From Candidatus Marinacidobacterium sp. (GTDB lineage: Bacteria; Acidobacteriota; Vicinamibacteria; Marinacidobacterales; Marinacidobacteraceae), in NCBI GenBank assembly GCA_965220965.1, contig OZ244852.1, positions 1,952,001-2,016,000 of the forward strand: a stretch of DNA of 64,000 nucleotides. Reading direction: 5' to 3'. Numbering within the stretch: position 1 is the first letter of the stretch; each line of letters begins with the position of its first letter. The translations under genes and the position numbers were made by a program. This document shows, in pieces, positions 48,129 to 56,621 of the stretch. The notes under the pieces are model-generated. The model was not told where the DNA came from, ran no database searches, and worked only from the letters and a program-made list of their open reading frames with translations.

Positions 48129-51110
48129 ATGCTCCGGCTCCGACTGACGTTCCGCGCGTCCTGGCTCCTGCTGGCCATTCTCCTGCCGGCGGGCGCCGCC
48201 GCCCAGGAGGCGGTGAAGGTGTGGGAGGGCGAGCTGACGCTGCCGACCTACGCGCTGCTGCCCGACGACCCCAACCCGCAGTTCCGGGAGACCGACGACT
48301 CGATCGTCTACCCCTACACGATGCAGGACAACCTCGGGACCGAGCGGGCGGACCACACCTGGCGGGCCTTCTTCCTCGAGAACGAGTACCTCCGGATCGC
48401 CTGCCTGCCGGAGATCGGGGGACGGATCCAGTGGGTCCTCGACAAGCGCGAGGACGAGCAGATGTTCTACAACAACCGGGTCATCCGGCCCGGGCTGATC
48501 GCGCTCCGGGGCGCGTGGATCTCGGGCGGCATCGAGTGGAACCGGGGGCCGCAGGGCCACACCGTCACCAGCTACTCCCCGGTGAACGTGACCGGCGTCC
48601 AGAACCCGGACGGGTCGGCCACGCTCGTCATCGGCGAGATCGAGCAGAGCTTCCGGACCGGCTGGGAAGTGCGGCTCACGCTCCGGCCCGGCGTCGCCCG
48701 CCTCGATCAGGAGATCCGGATCTTCAACCCCACGGATCTCCCCCACCCCTACTATTTCTGGAACAACACCGCCTTCCCCCAGCGGGACGGAACCCGCTTC
48801 ATCTACCCGATGTCGCTCGCCTCGGACCACTTCGGGACCACCTTCTACCGGTTCCCCACCGACAACGGCGTGGACCTGACCCGGCTCCCCAACTACCCCG
48901 AGCCGACCTCGATCTTCGCCTACCGCGCGGTCCATGACTTCTTCGGGGCGTACGACTCGGGAGACGACCGGGGCATCGTCCAGACCGCCGACCACCACGA
49001 ACTCCCCGGCAAGAAGGGCTGGACCTGGGGTCAGGGGGACGACGGGGCGATGAACCAGCGCGCGCTTACCGACGAGGACGGCCCCTACATCGAGGTGCAG
49101 AGCGGCCCGCTGCCCACCCAGTCGGACTACGCCTGGCTCCATCCCGGCCAGGAAGTCGCGTGGCGGGAGCAGTGGGCGCCGGTGTTCGGCCTCGGCGAAG
49201 GCTTCGAGTACGCCGTGCCCGACCTCGTCGTCGAGCGGATCGATGACGACGAGGGGACGCGGTTCCTGTTCCTCGCCGCCCGGGAGATCCCCGAGGCCGA
49301 GGTGCGGCTGCGGACGGCCAGTGGCGAACACGCCCAGCGCGCGAACCTGACGCCGGCGGAGGTCGTGGAAGTCCGACTCCCCGAGGGATCGGTGAGCTCC
49401 TCGGGGTCGACCCGGGCGCCGGTGGATGTCCTGGTGGTTTCGGGGGACGACCGCGTGATGGCCTACCGCTCGCCGCTCGAGATCCCGGCGGAGGAGGCGC
49501 CGCCGCTTCCTGAGCCAACGGAACCCGCGACCGCCGAGGAGGCCTTCCAGGCGGCCGAGCGGGCGGACAAGGACCTGAATCGGGCGGAGGCCCGCCGCCT
49601 CTACGAGCGGGCGCTCGCGCTTTCACCCGACCACACCGACGCCGGGGTGGGCCTCGCGGTCCTCGACCTGAAGGCCGGCCGCTGGTCCGAGGCCGGCGCC
49701 CGGCTGGAGGCCATCGCCCAGGCGGACCCGGAGCACGGCTTCGCCCGCTTCCTCCACGGCGTAGCGCACTACGGGGCCGGGGACTTCGCGAAGGCGCTGG
49801 ACTCCGCCTACCTCGCGACCAAGCTCGCCGGCGCCGAGGCCGTCGCCTGGCGGCTCGCCGGGCAGGTCCTGCTCCGGACCGGGGACCCGGCGAGCGCCAT
49901 CCGCGCCTTCGAGACGGCCGGCCGCCACGGCGATCTGGACGCCGCGCCCGACGGCTGGCTGCTCGCGCTGCTGGCCGCCGGCCATCCCCAGGCGAGGGTC
50001 GCGGCGCAGGAGCGCATCGACGCCGGGACGGTCGGCCTCGTCCCGTGGGCGGTCCTGCTCCACACCGCCGACAACGACGAAGGACGCGCCGAGGCGGCGG
50101 AGGCGCTGGCCGCCCTCGCCGGCGAGCCGGAGTTCGCCTTCACCGAGCTCTTCGTGACGCTCGCCGAAGCGGGCCTTCCCGAAGCGGCGCTCAACGTCGT
50201 GGACGCGCTCGTCTCGGGGGCCGGGTTCGAGCCCGGCCCGGCGCTCTGGTTCCACGCCGCCCACGCCTCGGAGGGCGCCCGGCGGGCGAAGTACGACGAG
50301 GCCGCCCTCGCCGCCTCGCTCGACTACGCCTTCCCCTCCCGGCCGGAGTCCATACCGGTGCTGCGCGCCGCCGCCGAGCGGCTGCCAGCGTCCCCCGCTC
50401 CGCGACTCCTCCTCGGACATCTCTACGCCGGGCTCGGCCGATACGAGGAGGCGGTCGCGGCCTGGGAGGCCGCCGCCCAACTGGACCCGAAGCTGTCCAC
50501 CGCCCACCGGGGCCTCGGCATGGTCCACTGGAAGGTCGAGGACCGCCCCGCCGCGGCGCTCCAGCGACTCCGGCAGGCGGTCGCCGCCCGCCCCGACGAC
50601 CAGACGCTCTACCGCGATCTGGCCCGGCTGCTGATCGAGCTGGGGCGTCCGGCGGAAGCGCTCGGCGCGCTCGAGGCTCTGCCCGAGGGCGGACGGCGAC
50701 GCCACGACGTGACCATCGAGTGGGCGCGGGCGCTGAACGCCACCGGCCGCTACGCCGAAACCGTCGCGCTGCTCGACGGCGCCCAGGTCAACTTCCGCGA
50801 GGGCGACGCGACGATCTGGCAACTGTTCTCCCGGGCGCAGGTCGAGCTCGGGCGCGCCGCGCTCGCCGGGGGCGACGCGAACACCGCGCTCCGCCACTTC
50901 GACCGGGCGCTGACCTACCCGGAGAACCTCGGAGTGGGCCGACCCCACCGCGCCACCGAGGCGCGTCCGCTGTGGTTCCGCGCCGAGGCGCTCGCAGCGA
51001 TCGGACGGTCGGGGGACGCGGCTGCGGCGCTCGCCGCCTGCGCCGCGAACGACCCCTCCACCGAGGAGCAGCGGATCTTCATCGCCCGCTGCGAGGCAGC
51101 CGCGCGGTAG
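48129..51110 (+). CDS. DUF5107 domain protein with C-terminal TPR repeats, exported
   Basis: YPYT, LENEYL...LPEIGGRI, WISGGIEWN, YFWNN, GKKGWTWG, YIEVQSG; Ala-rich TPR region; YPENLGVG. Confidence 0.86.
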   Translation: MLRLRLTFRASWLLLAILLPAGAAAQEAVKVWEGELTLPTYALLPDDPNPQFRETDDSIVYPYTMQDNLGTERADHTWRAFFLENEYLRIACLPEIGGRIQWVLDKREDEQMFYNNRVIRPGLIALRGAWISGGIEWNRGPQGHTVTSYSPVNVTGVQNPDGSATLVIGEIEQSFRTGWEVRLTLRPGVARLDQEIRIFNPTDLPHPYYFWNNTAFPQRDGTRFIYPMSLASDHFGTTFYRFPTDNGVDLTRLPNYPEPTSIFAYRAVHDFFGAYDSGDDRGIVQTADHHELPGKKGWTWGQGDDGAMNQRALTDEDGPYIEVQSGPLPTQSDYAWLHPGQEVAWREQWAPVFGLGEGFEYAVPDLVVERIDDDEGTRFLFLAAREIPEAEVRLRTASGEHAQRANLTPAEVVEVRLPEGSVSSSGSTRAPVDVLVVSGDDRVMAYRSPLEIPAEEAPPLPEPTEPATAEEAFQAAERADKDLNRAEARRLYERALALSPDHTDAGVGLAVLDLKAGRWSEAGARLEAIAQADPEHGFARFLHGVAHYGAGDFAKALDSAYLATKLAGAEAVAWRLAGQVLLRTGDPASAIRAFETAGRHGDLDAAPDGWLLALLAAGHPQARVAAQERIDAGTVGLVPWAVLLHTADNDEGRAEAAEALAALAGEPEFAFTELFVTLAEAGLPEAALNVVDALVSGAGFEPGPALWFHAAHASEGARRAKYDEAALAASLDYAFPSRPESIPVLRAAAERLPASPAPRLLLGHLYAGLGRYEEAVAAWEAAAQLDPKLSTAHRGLGMVHWKVEDRPAAALQRLRQAVAARPDDQTLYRDLARLLIELGRPAEALGALEALPEGGRRRHDVTIEWARALNATGRYAETVALLDGAQVNFREGDATIWQLFSRAQVELGRAALAGGDANTALRHFDRALTYPENLGVGRPHRATEARPLWFRAEALAAIGRSGDAAAALAACAANDPSTEEQRIFIARCEAAAR

Positions 51111-51236
51111 ACCGCCCCCGGCTCGGGGGGACGGGCTCAGGCGGTCACGCCGTCGCTGAACCGCCCGCAGGCAGACGCCGCCGCGCCCTCCCAAGGCGTT
51201 CAACGACCCTGGCGGCTAGCAAATTTGCGGCGCTGC

Positions 51237-51261
51237 CGTCATTTTGATCGGCAAAATGACG
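51237..51261. repeat. Perfect AT-rich inverted repeat (operator-like)
   Basis: CGTCATTTTG-atcgg-CAAAATGACG. Confidence 0.75.
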
Positions 51262-51293
51262 ACTACGCCGTAAGAATGACGACCCCGGGCGGA

Positions 51294-51755
51294 TCAGGGC
51301 TCCGGCGCGGCCTCCCCGAAGAGTTCCTCCAGCCGGGCGGTGCGGTAGTCGAAGATCCGCTTCAGGTCGCGGGCGACGAAGAGGCGGTCCGCCAGCCAGC
51401 CGCCGGGCGCGGCGTACTGGACGGTGTCGCCGGCGAGCGTCCCGCCGTCCTTCGCCTCGAAGGTATGCCGGTGGATCCACACCCGGTAGGGGCCGCGGCG
51501 CTGCTCGTCCACGAAGGAGTGCGGCGGATCCCATTCGGTGATCTCGCTCTCCCACCGGATCGGGATGCCGCGGATCCGGAGGGCGTACTGGATCTTCGCC
51601 CCCGGCGCCATCCGGATGGGCTGCGGTGTGAGGATCCGGAAATGGAGCCAGTCCGGCGTCAGCCGGTCCAGGTTCCCGGCTTCGGCGAAGAACGGGAAGA
51701 TGTCCTCGGGGGACCGGGGAACCCACACCCGGCGTTCGATCTGCGACAGACGCAT
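51294..51755 (-). CDS. SRPBCC family protein
   Basis: FF..AGNLDRLTP, IPIRWESEI, FVDEQRRGPY..W.H.H.F, IFDYR. Confidence 0.88.
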   Translation of the reverse strand: MRLSQIERRVWVPRSPEDIFPFFAEAGNLDRLTPDWLHFRILTPQPIRMAPGAKIQYALRIRGIPIRWESEITEWDPPHSFVDEQRRGPYRVWIHRHTFEAKDGGTLAGDTVQYAAPGGWLADRLFVARDLKRIFDYRTARLEELFGEAAPEP

Positions 51756-51799
51756 GGCGGCATTCTGCCGCGCCGGGCGTTGTCAGATGCCGCGGTCGA

Positions 51800-53266
51800 T
51801 CAGGGGACCTTCTCGGAGTAGTTCACGCCGATGAAGATGCGCACCGGGGCGCCCGAGGCGTCCATCTCGAAGCGGACCAGCTCGCCGTGGGCGCCGAAGC
51901 CGTCGCTCTCGAGGCGGAAGGTGTGCGGTTCGTCGGTGGGGCGGAGGACGCCCTTCGAGCGGTCCGGGTTCTCCGACAGGGGCGAGAGGACCACGAGATC
52001 GTCTTCGAGACGCAGCACGCTGGTGTCCCCCCAGCGGTTGCGGTACGTGCCCAGATAGGCCTCCCAGGCGTCGGCGAAGACGGACTTCTTCTCTTCCTTG
52101 GCGCTGGCGGCCAGGTGGGGCGCCACCCATTCGAACGCCTTCGTGACGTACCGGCCCGGGTTGCCGTCCCCGCCGTTGGTGAACACCACGACGCCGACCT
52201 TCTCCTCGGGGCTCAACTGCGTCTGGGTGCGGTAGCCGGGGTAGGAGCCGCCGTGGCCGATGAGGTCCCGGTCCTCGGTGTGGCGGATCGAGAACCCGAG
52301 CCCCCAGCCGCTCCGCCAGTCGGGCTGGAGCCACTGGACCCGCTGCATCTCGAGCAGGGTGTTCGTCGAGAGGACCTCCTCGCTGCGCCGGTCGCGCACC
52401 CGCATCTGCCACATCAGGAACCGGAGCATGTCGGGCACGGTGGACGAGAGCCCGGTGGCGGGGTCGAAGGCGTGGGCGTCCACGAACGGCATCGTCTGTC
52501 GAGCCCCGTCGGGCATCCGCCGGGTGTAGCCGGTCGCGAGCCGGTCGCGCTGCGCCTCGGGGACCGGACCCATGCTCGTCGAGTCCATGCCGAGCGGCTC
52601 GAGGATCCCGTCGCTCACCAGATCGCCAAACGAGGCGCCGCCCGCCGCTTCGGCCACCATCCCCGCGAGGGTGAACCCGAGGTTCGAGTACTTCCACTTC
52701 GTCTCCGTCGGGTAGGTCGTTTCCTGATCGGAGACGGTGGCGCGCACCGCATCGGCCCCCGGGAACTCGAAGTCGGTCCACGCCGGGTGCGCGGACTCCC
52801 GCGGCAGCCCGCCGGTGTGCGTCAGCAGGTGGCGGACGGTGAGCGGCGCGGCTTTGGGATGGCGGTTTTCGATGTCGAACCACGGCAGGTGCTCGGTCAC
52901 CGGGTCGTCGAGGCGGAGCGTTCCGGCCTCCCGCTCGCGCAGCACCGCGATCGCGGTGAAGAGTTTGGAGTGCGAGGCGATCCGGAAGATGGAGTCCTCG
53001 GTCATCGGGACCCTGGGCTCCATCGAGGCGTGTCCGTAGGCCTTGAGCCAGACGACCTCCTGGTCGTGGACGATCCCGATCACGAGGCCCGGCGGACCGC
53101 TGTATTCCATCTGGGAGGTGATCCAGGTGTCGAGGAGCGTCAGCCCGCCCTGGACCGCCGGATCGTCGGAAGCGGCGGCCGACGGAGCCTGGACGGCCCC
53201 GACGAGCGTCAGGGCGAGCGCGAACGGGAGCGAGCGGCGGGCGGCGCCGCGGACCGTGCGGATCAT
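51800..53266 (-). CDS. Exported serine hydrolase (beta-lactamase family) with C-terminal DUF3471-like domain
   Basis: GGAGG-like RBS; FRIASHSK, LLTHTGGL, YSNLG, HGGSYPGY, YLGTY. Confidence 0.9.
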   Translation of the reverse strand: MIRTVRGAARRSLPFALALTLVGAVQAPSAAASDDPAVQGGLTLLDTWITSQMEYSGPPGLVIGIVHDQEVVWLKAYGHASMEPRVPMTEDSIFRIASHSKLFTAIAVLREREAGTLRLDDPVTEHLPWFDIENRHPKAAPLTVRHLLTHTGGLPRESAHPAWTDFEFPGADAVRATVSDQETTYPTETKWKYSNLGFTLAGMVAEAAGGASFGDLVSDGILEPLGMDSTSMGPVPEAQRDRLATGYTRRMPDGARQTMPFVDAHAFDPATGLSSTVPDMLRFLMWQMRVRDRRSEEVLSTNTLLEMQRVQWLQPDWRSGWGLGFSIRHTEDRDLIGHGGSYPGYRTQTQLSPEEKVGVVVFTNGGDGNPGRYVTKAFEWVAPHLAASAKEEKKSVFADAWEAYLGTYRNRWGDTSVLRLEDDLVVLSPLSENPDRSKGVLRPTDEPHTFRLESDGFGAHGELVRFEMDASGAPVRIFIGVNYSEKVP

Positions 53267-53298
53267 GAGGAGTCCCTCCTGCTGCTGCGGCGCCGGAT

Positions 53299-54528
53299 TC
53301 AGCGCCGGTAGACGACTTCGCCGTCCACGATGACGACCGCGGTCTTCGTCCAGGTCGAGATCGGATGTCCATCCCAGACGACGAGGTCCGCGTCGAGGCC
53401 GGGGGCCACCCGGCCGAGCCGGTCCCCCACCCCGAGGATCTCCGCCGCGTCGGCGGTGACCGCCCGGAGCGCGGCGTCGCGCGGCAGCCCGTGCGCCGAG
53501 GCGAGCACCGCTTCCATCCAGACCGAGCGGCCCCGACCCCCGAACGTGGAGAGCGCGACCCGGACGCCGGCGCGATGGAGGATCCCGGCGGCGGCCGGGG
53601 TGTGGCCGCGAAGCTCCATCGGTCCGCCGTCGCCGATCCCGAGCACCATCGGACCCACGACGACCGGCACGCCCGCTTCGGCGAGCCGCTCGGCGACCTG
53701 GGGCGCGCCCGCCGCCTGGTCCACGACGAGGCGCAGGTCGAACTCGCCGGCGACCCGCAGCGCCGTCTCGATGTCGTCCGGGTAGTTGGCCACCATCCGG
53801 AGCGGGATCTCGCCGGCGAGCAGGCGTCCCAGCGTGCGGCCGGCCTCGCCGCCGATCGAGTCCTCCCCGGCCGCCACCAGCGTGTTCCGGAGGTCGTAGA
53901 TCATCCCCTGCCGGGTCGTGCGGCGGGTGGGAGCGTCGCGCCCGGGCGGCCGGTCGCCGACCGCGCTCTCGCCGAACGAGGCGGCGACCGCAACCTCTTC
54001 GTCAACCACCGCGGTGTCGCTGGACCCGGCGAGCTTCACGACGGCGCCGGTCCCGCCGAGCAGCAGCCCGGGGTCCGGCGCCAGGTAGACCGCGGTCACG
54101 CCGGAGCGCAGCCAGAGCGGCGCGAGGTCCTCGCGGAACCGGTCCACCGCCCGGAACGCCGGCAGCACCGGGTCCTCGCCCAGCATCGACGGAGGCGCTT
54201 CCTCGTCTCCCGGGCCACGCTCGCCGAGCGAGGTCTGGGCGTCGAGGAGGCCGGGCGTGACCACCAGCCCCTCGGCGGAGACGACCTCGGCCCCCTCGGG
54301 GACCTCGAGATCGGTCCCCACGGCGGTGATCTTGCCGTCCGCGACCAGCACCGTCGCGCCGGAGAGGACGCTCCCGTCCCCGGTGTGGACCTCGCCCCCC
54401 ACGACCGCCAGCGTCTGCGCGCCCGCGGCGGGCGCGCCTGCGACGAGCGCGCCTGCGGCGAGCAACAACAGGAGAGCGAGGCGCAACGAACCGCGCGACG
54501 AACCGCGCAACGGGGGCTGCCGGGACAT
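53299..54528 (-). CDS. Exported amidohydrolase-fold protein lacking the HxH metal motif
   Basis: VTPGLLDAQTSLG, TRQG, AEILGVGDRLG, DADLVVWDGHP. Confidence 0.85.
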   Translation of the reverse strand: MSRQPPLRGSSRGSLRLALLLLLAAGALVAGAPAAGAQTLAVVGGEVHTGDGSVLSGATVLVADGKITAVGTDLEVPEGAEVVSAEGLVVTPGLLDAQTSLGERGPGDEEAPPSMLGEDPVLPAFRAVDRFREDLAPLWLRSGVTAVYLAPDPGLLLGGTGAVVKLAGSSDTAVVDEEVAVAASFGESAVGDRPPGRDAPTRRTTRQGMIYDLRNTLVAAGEDSIGGEAGRTLGRLLAGEIPLRMVANYPDDIETALRVAGEFDLRLVVDQAAGAPQVAERLAEAGVPVVVGPMVLGIGDGGPMELRGHTPAAAGILHRAGVRVALSTFGGRGRSVWMEAVLASAHGLPRDAALRAVTADAAEILGVGDRLGRVAPGLDADLVVWDGHPISTWTKTAVVIVDGEVVYRR

Positions 54529-55841
54529 CACCACCCCTCCGCCACCCGGGGCCCGAAGACGTTGTATCCGGTCGCGCGGTTGAAGACCTCCACCCCGTCG
54601 ACCCAGACCCGCTCGACCAGGCTCTCCCAGGCGAGCGGGTCCTCCCCGCTCAGGAGCACGATGTCGGCGTCCTTCCCGGGTTCGAGGCTCCCGATCCGGT
54701 CCTCGACGTGGAAGATCCGGGCGCCGTTCAGCGTCAGCGCCCGAAGCGCCTCCTCCCGCGGCATCCCCTGCCGCACGAACATCGCGCCGGTGTGCCGGAG
54801 GAAGTACTGGTGGCCGTCGGGATGATCCTGGTGGAATGCGACGAGCCCGCCCAGTTCCGCGAGCCGCACCGGCCCGAGGAGATCGGGACTGTCGGGATGG
54901 TCGAACGGCAGCACCGGACCGAAGCTGACCGGCACGTCGAGGCGCGCCATCTCCTCGGCGTGGACATCGGTCCGGTCGCCGTGGTGGATGTAGAGGTCGA
55001 GGTCGAACCGCCGCCTCAGCTCGATGGCGTGTCCCATCTGCTCGGCGGAGTGCGAGTGCACCCCGACGACCGACTCGCGGTTCAGCAGCCGCCCGAAGGC
55101 CTCGCGGGTCAGGTTCCGCGGGGGCCGGGGGCTCGACGGGTCGGCCTCGTGGGCGGCGATCGCGTCGAGGTACTCCTGCGCCGCGTCCAGCTCCGCGGCC
55201 AGCAGGTCGAAGACGCCCTGCTCGGTCTGGGGGAAGCCGGGGTAGGGCGTCGTCGCCCGGATCGCGAACTTCATGCCGGCGTCCGCGAAGAACATGTTCT
55301 CCACGGTCCCGCCGCGCATCTTCACCAGCACCGCCTGCCCGCTGTTCGGGCTCCGGCTGCCGGTGGTGATGTTCTGGGTCGTGATCCCGGCGGCCACCGC
55401 GATCGCGAACGCCGGGTCGCCGGAGTCGAGACCGTCCATCGCCCGGACGTGGGCGTTGATCGGGGCCGAGAGCTCGTTGTTGTTCGACCCGGTGGCGGGC
55501 AGGTTCAGCACCTTGAATCCCATGTGGGAATGGGTCTCGATGAGCCCCGGGATGACGCTCATCCCGGTTGCGTCGACGACCCGCGCGCCGGGAGGAACCG
55601 CCACATCGGCGCCGACCGCCTCGATCCTCCCGTCGCGGACGACGACCGTCCCGCCGGGGATCGGATCCGAGGAGGCCGGATGGACCAGCCCTCCGGTGAT
55701 CGCGAAGAGGCCCGGAACCGGCGCATCGGGGGCGCAGGAGGCGGCGAGCCACGATCCGGCGGCCAGGAGCGCGGCAGCCCTTCCAGCGCGCATCCCGGCG
55801 CGCGCTCCGGCTTGGCCGCCCTGTCCCGCTCGCGACATCAT
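54528..55841 (-). CDS. Amidohydrolase family lipoprotein (imidazolonepropionase-like)
   Basis: PGLIETHSHMG, carbamylated-Lys position GMKFA, VHSH, IHHG, QDHP, GSLEPGKDAD. Start 55841 or 55793. Confidence 0.88.
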   Translation of the reverse strand: MMSRAGQGGQAGARAGMRAGRAAALLAAGSWLAASCAPDAPVPGLFAITGGLVHPASSDPIPGGTVVVRDGRIEAVGADVAVPPGARVVDATGMSVIPGLIETHSHMGFKVLNLPATGSNNNELSAPINAHVRAMDGLDSGDPAFAIAVAAGITTQNITTGSRSPNSGQAVLVKMRGGTVENMFFADAGMKFAIRATTPYPGFPQTEQGVFDLLAAELDAAQEYLDAIAAHEADPSSPRPPRNLTREAFGRLLNRESVVGVHSHSAEQMGHAIELRRRFDLDLYIHHGDRTDVHAEEMARLDVPVSFGPVLPFDHPDSPDLLGPVRLAELGGLVAFHQDHPDGHQYFLRHTGAMFVRQGMPREEALRALTLNGARIFHVEDRIGSLEPGKDADIVLLSGEDPLAWESLVERVWVDGVEVFNRATGYNVFGPRVAEGW

Positions 55842-55902
55842 CGACGAAATCACGTCGCCCCATCGTACCGGAAGCGAACCGCGCCTCCGGGGGGTCAGAT
55901 CG

Positions 55903-56610
55903 TCAGTGGAGGGTGTCCCGGTGATGGTCGTCGAAGCGGGCGCGGCGCCGGCGACGCTGGAGGTCCTCCCACAGGCGCCCCCACGGCGTCTTCGGGCGGC
56001 CGTAACGCCGGGGAAGGAGACCGTCGCGGCGGAGCAGCAGGTAGCCCACGACCAGCCCACCGAGATGCGCGATGTGCGAGACCCCGTCGTTCGTGGCCGA
56101 GAGGGAGCTGGCGAACGCGATGAACCCGAGCGCGATCACGAAGTGGCGCGCGCTCATCGGCAGCAGGAAGAAGACGAGCACCTGCGCCGACGGGAACAGC
56201 AGCCCGAACGCGAGCATGACCCCGTAGACCGCCCCGGACGCCCCGATGGTGTTCGCGTGGAAGAACGCGTCCAGCGGCAGCATGGCCACCAGGCCGGCGC
56301 CCACCCCGCACAGCAGGTAGTAGCGGACGAAGCGGCGTTTTCCCCAGATCCGCTCGAGCGGCGCGCCGAACATGTAGAGCATGAACATGTTCATGAACAG
56401 GTGGAACAGGCCCCCGTGCAGGAACATGTAGGTGAACGGCCGCCAGACCTCGAGCGCGAGGACCCGGGGAGGGACCAGACCGAACCACTGCGCCAGTCCG
56501 GGCAGGACGATCTGGGCGAGGAAGACGACCCCGTTGATCAGCAGGAGCTGGCGAACTCCCGGCGGGATGCCGGGGCCGCTTCCGAGCGGGGACGCGCCGG
56601 GGGCGAACAT
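55903..56610 (-). CDS. Rhomboid family intramembrane serine protease
   Basis: WRPFTYMFLHG..FHLFMNM, GASG, AHLGG. Confidence 0.93.
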   Translation of the reverse strand: MFAPGASPLGSGPGIPPGVRQLLLINGVVFLAQIVLPGLAQWFGLVPPRVLALEVWRPFTYMFLHGGLFHLFMNMFMLYMFGAPLERIWGKRRFVRYYLLCGVGAGLVAMLPLDAFFHANTIGASGAVYGVMLAFGLLFPSAQVLVFFLLPMSARHFVIALGFIAFASSLSATNDGVSHIAHLGGLVVGYLLLRRDGLLPRRYGRPKTPWGRLWEDLQRRRRRARFDDHHRDTLH

Positions 56611-56621
56611 CGGTTCCGCTC

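Noticed and set aside
27408-53266. Three beta-lactamase-like genes as resistance determinants
   Set aside because: Generic SxxK serine hydrolases in catabolic contexts; nothing indicates beta-lactam specificity
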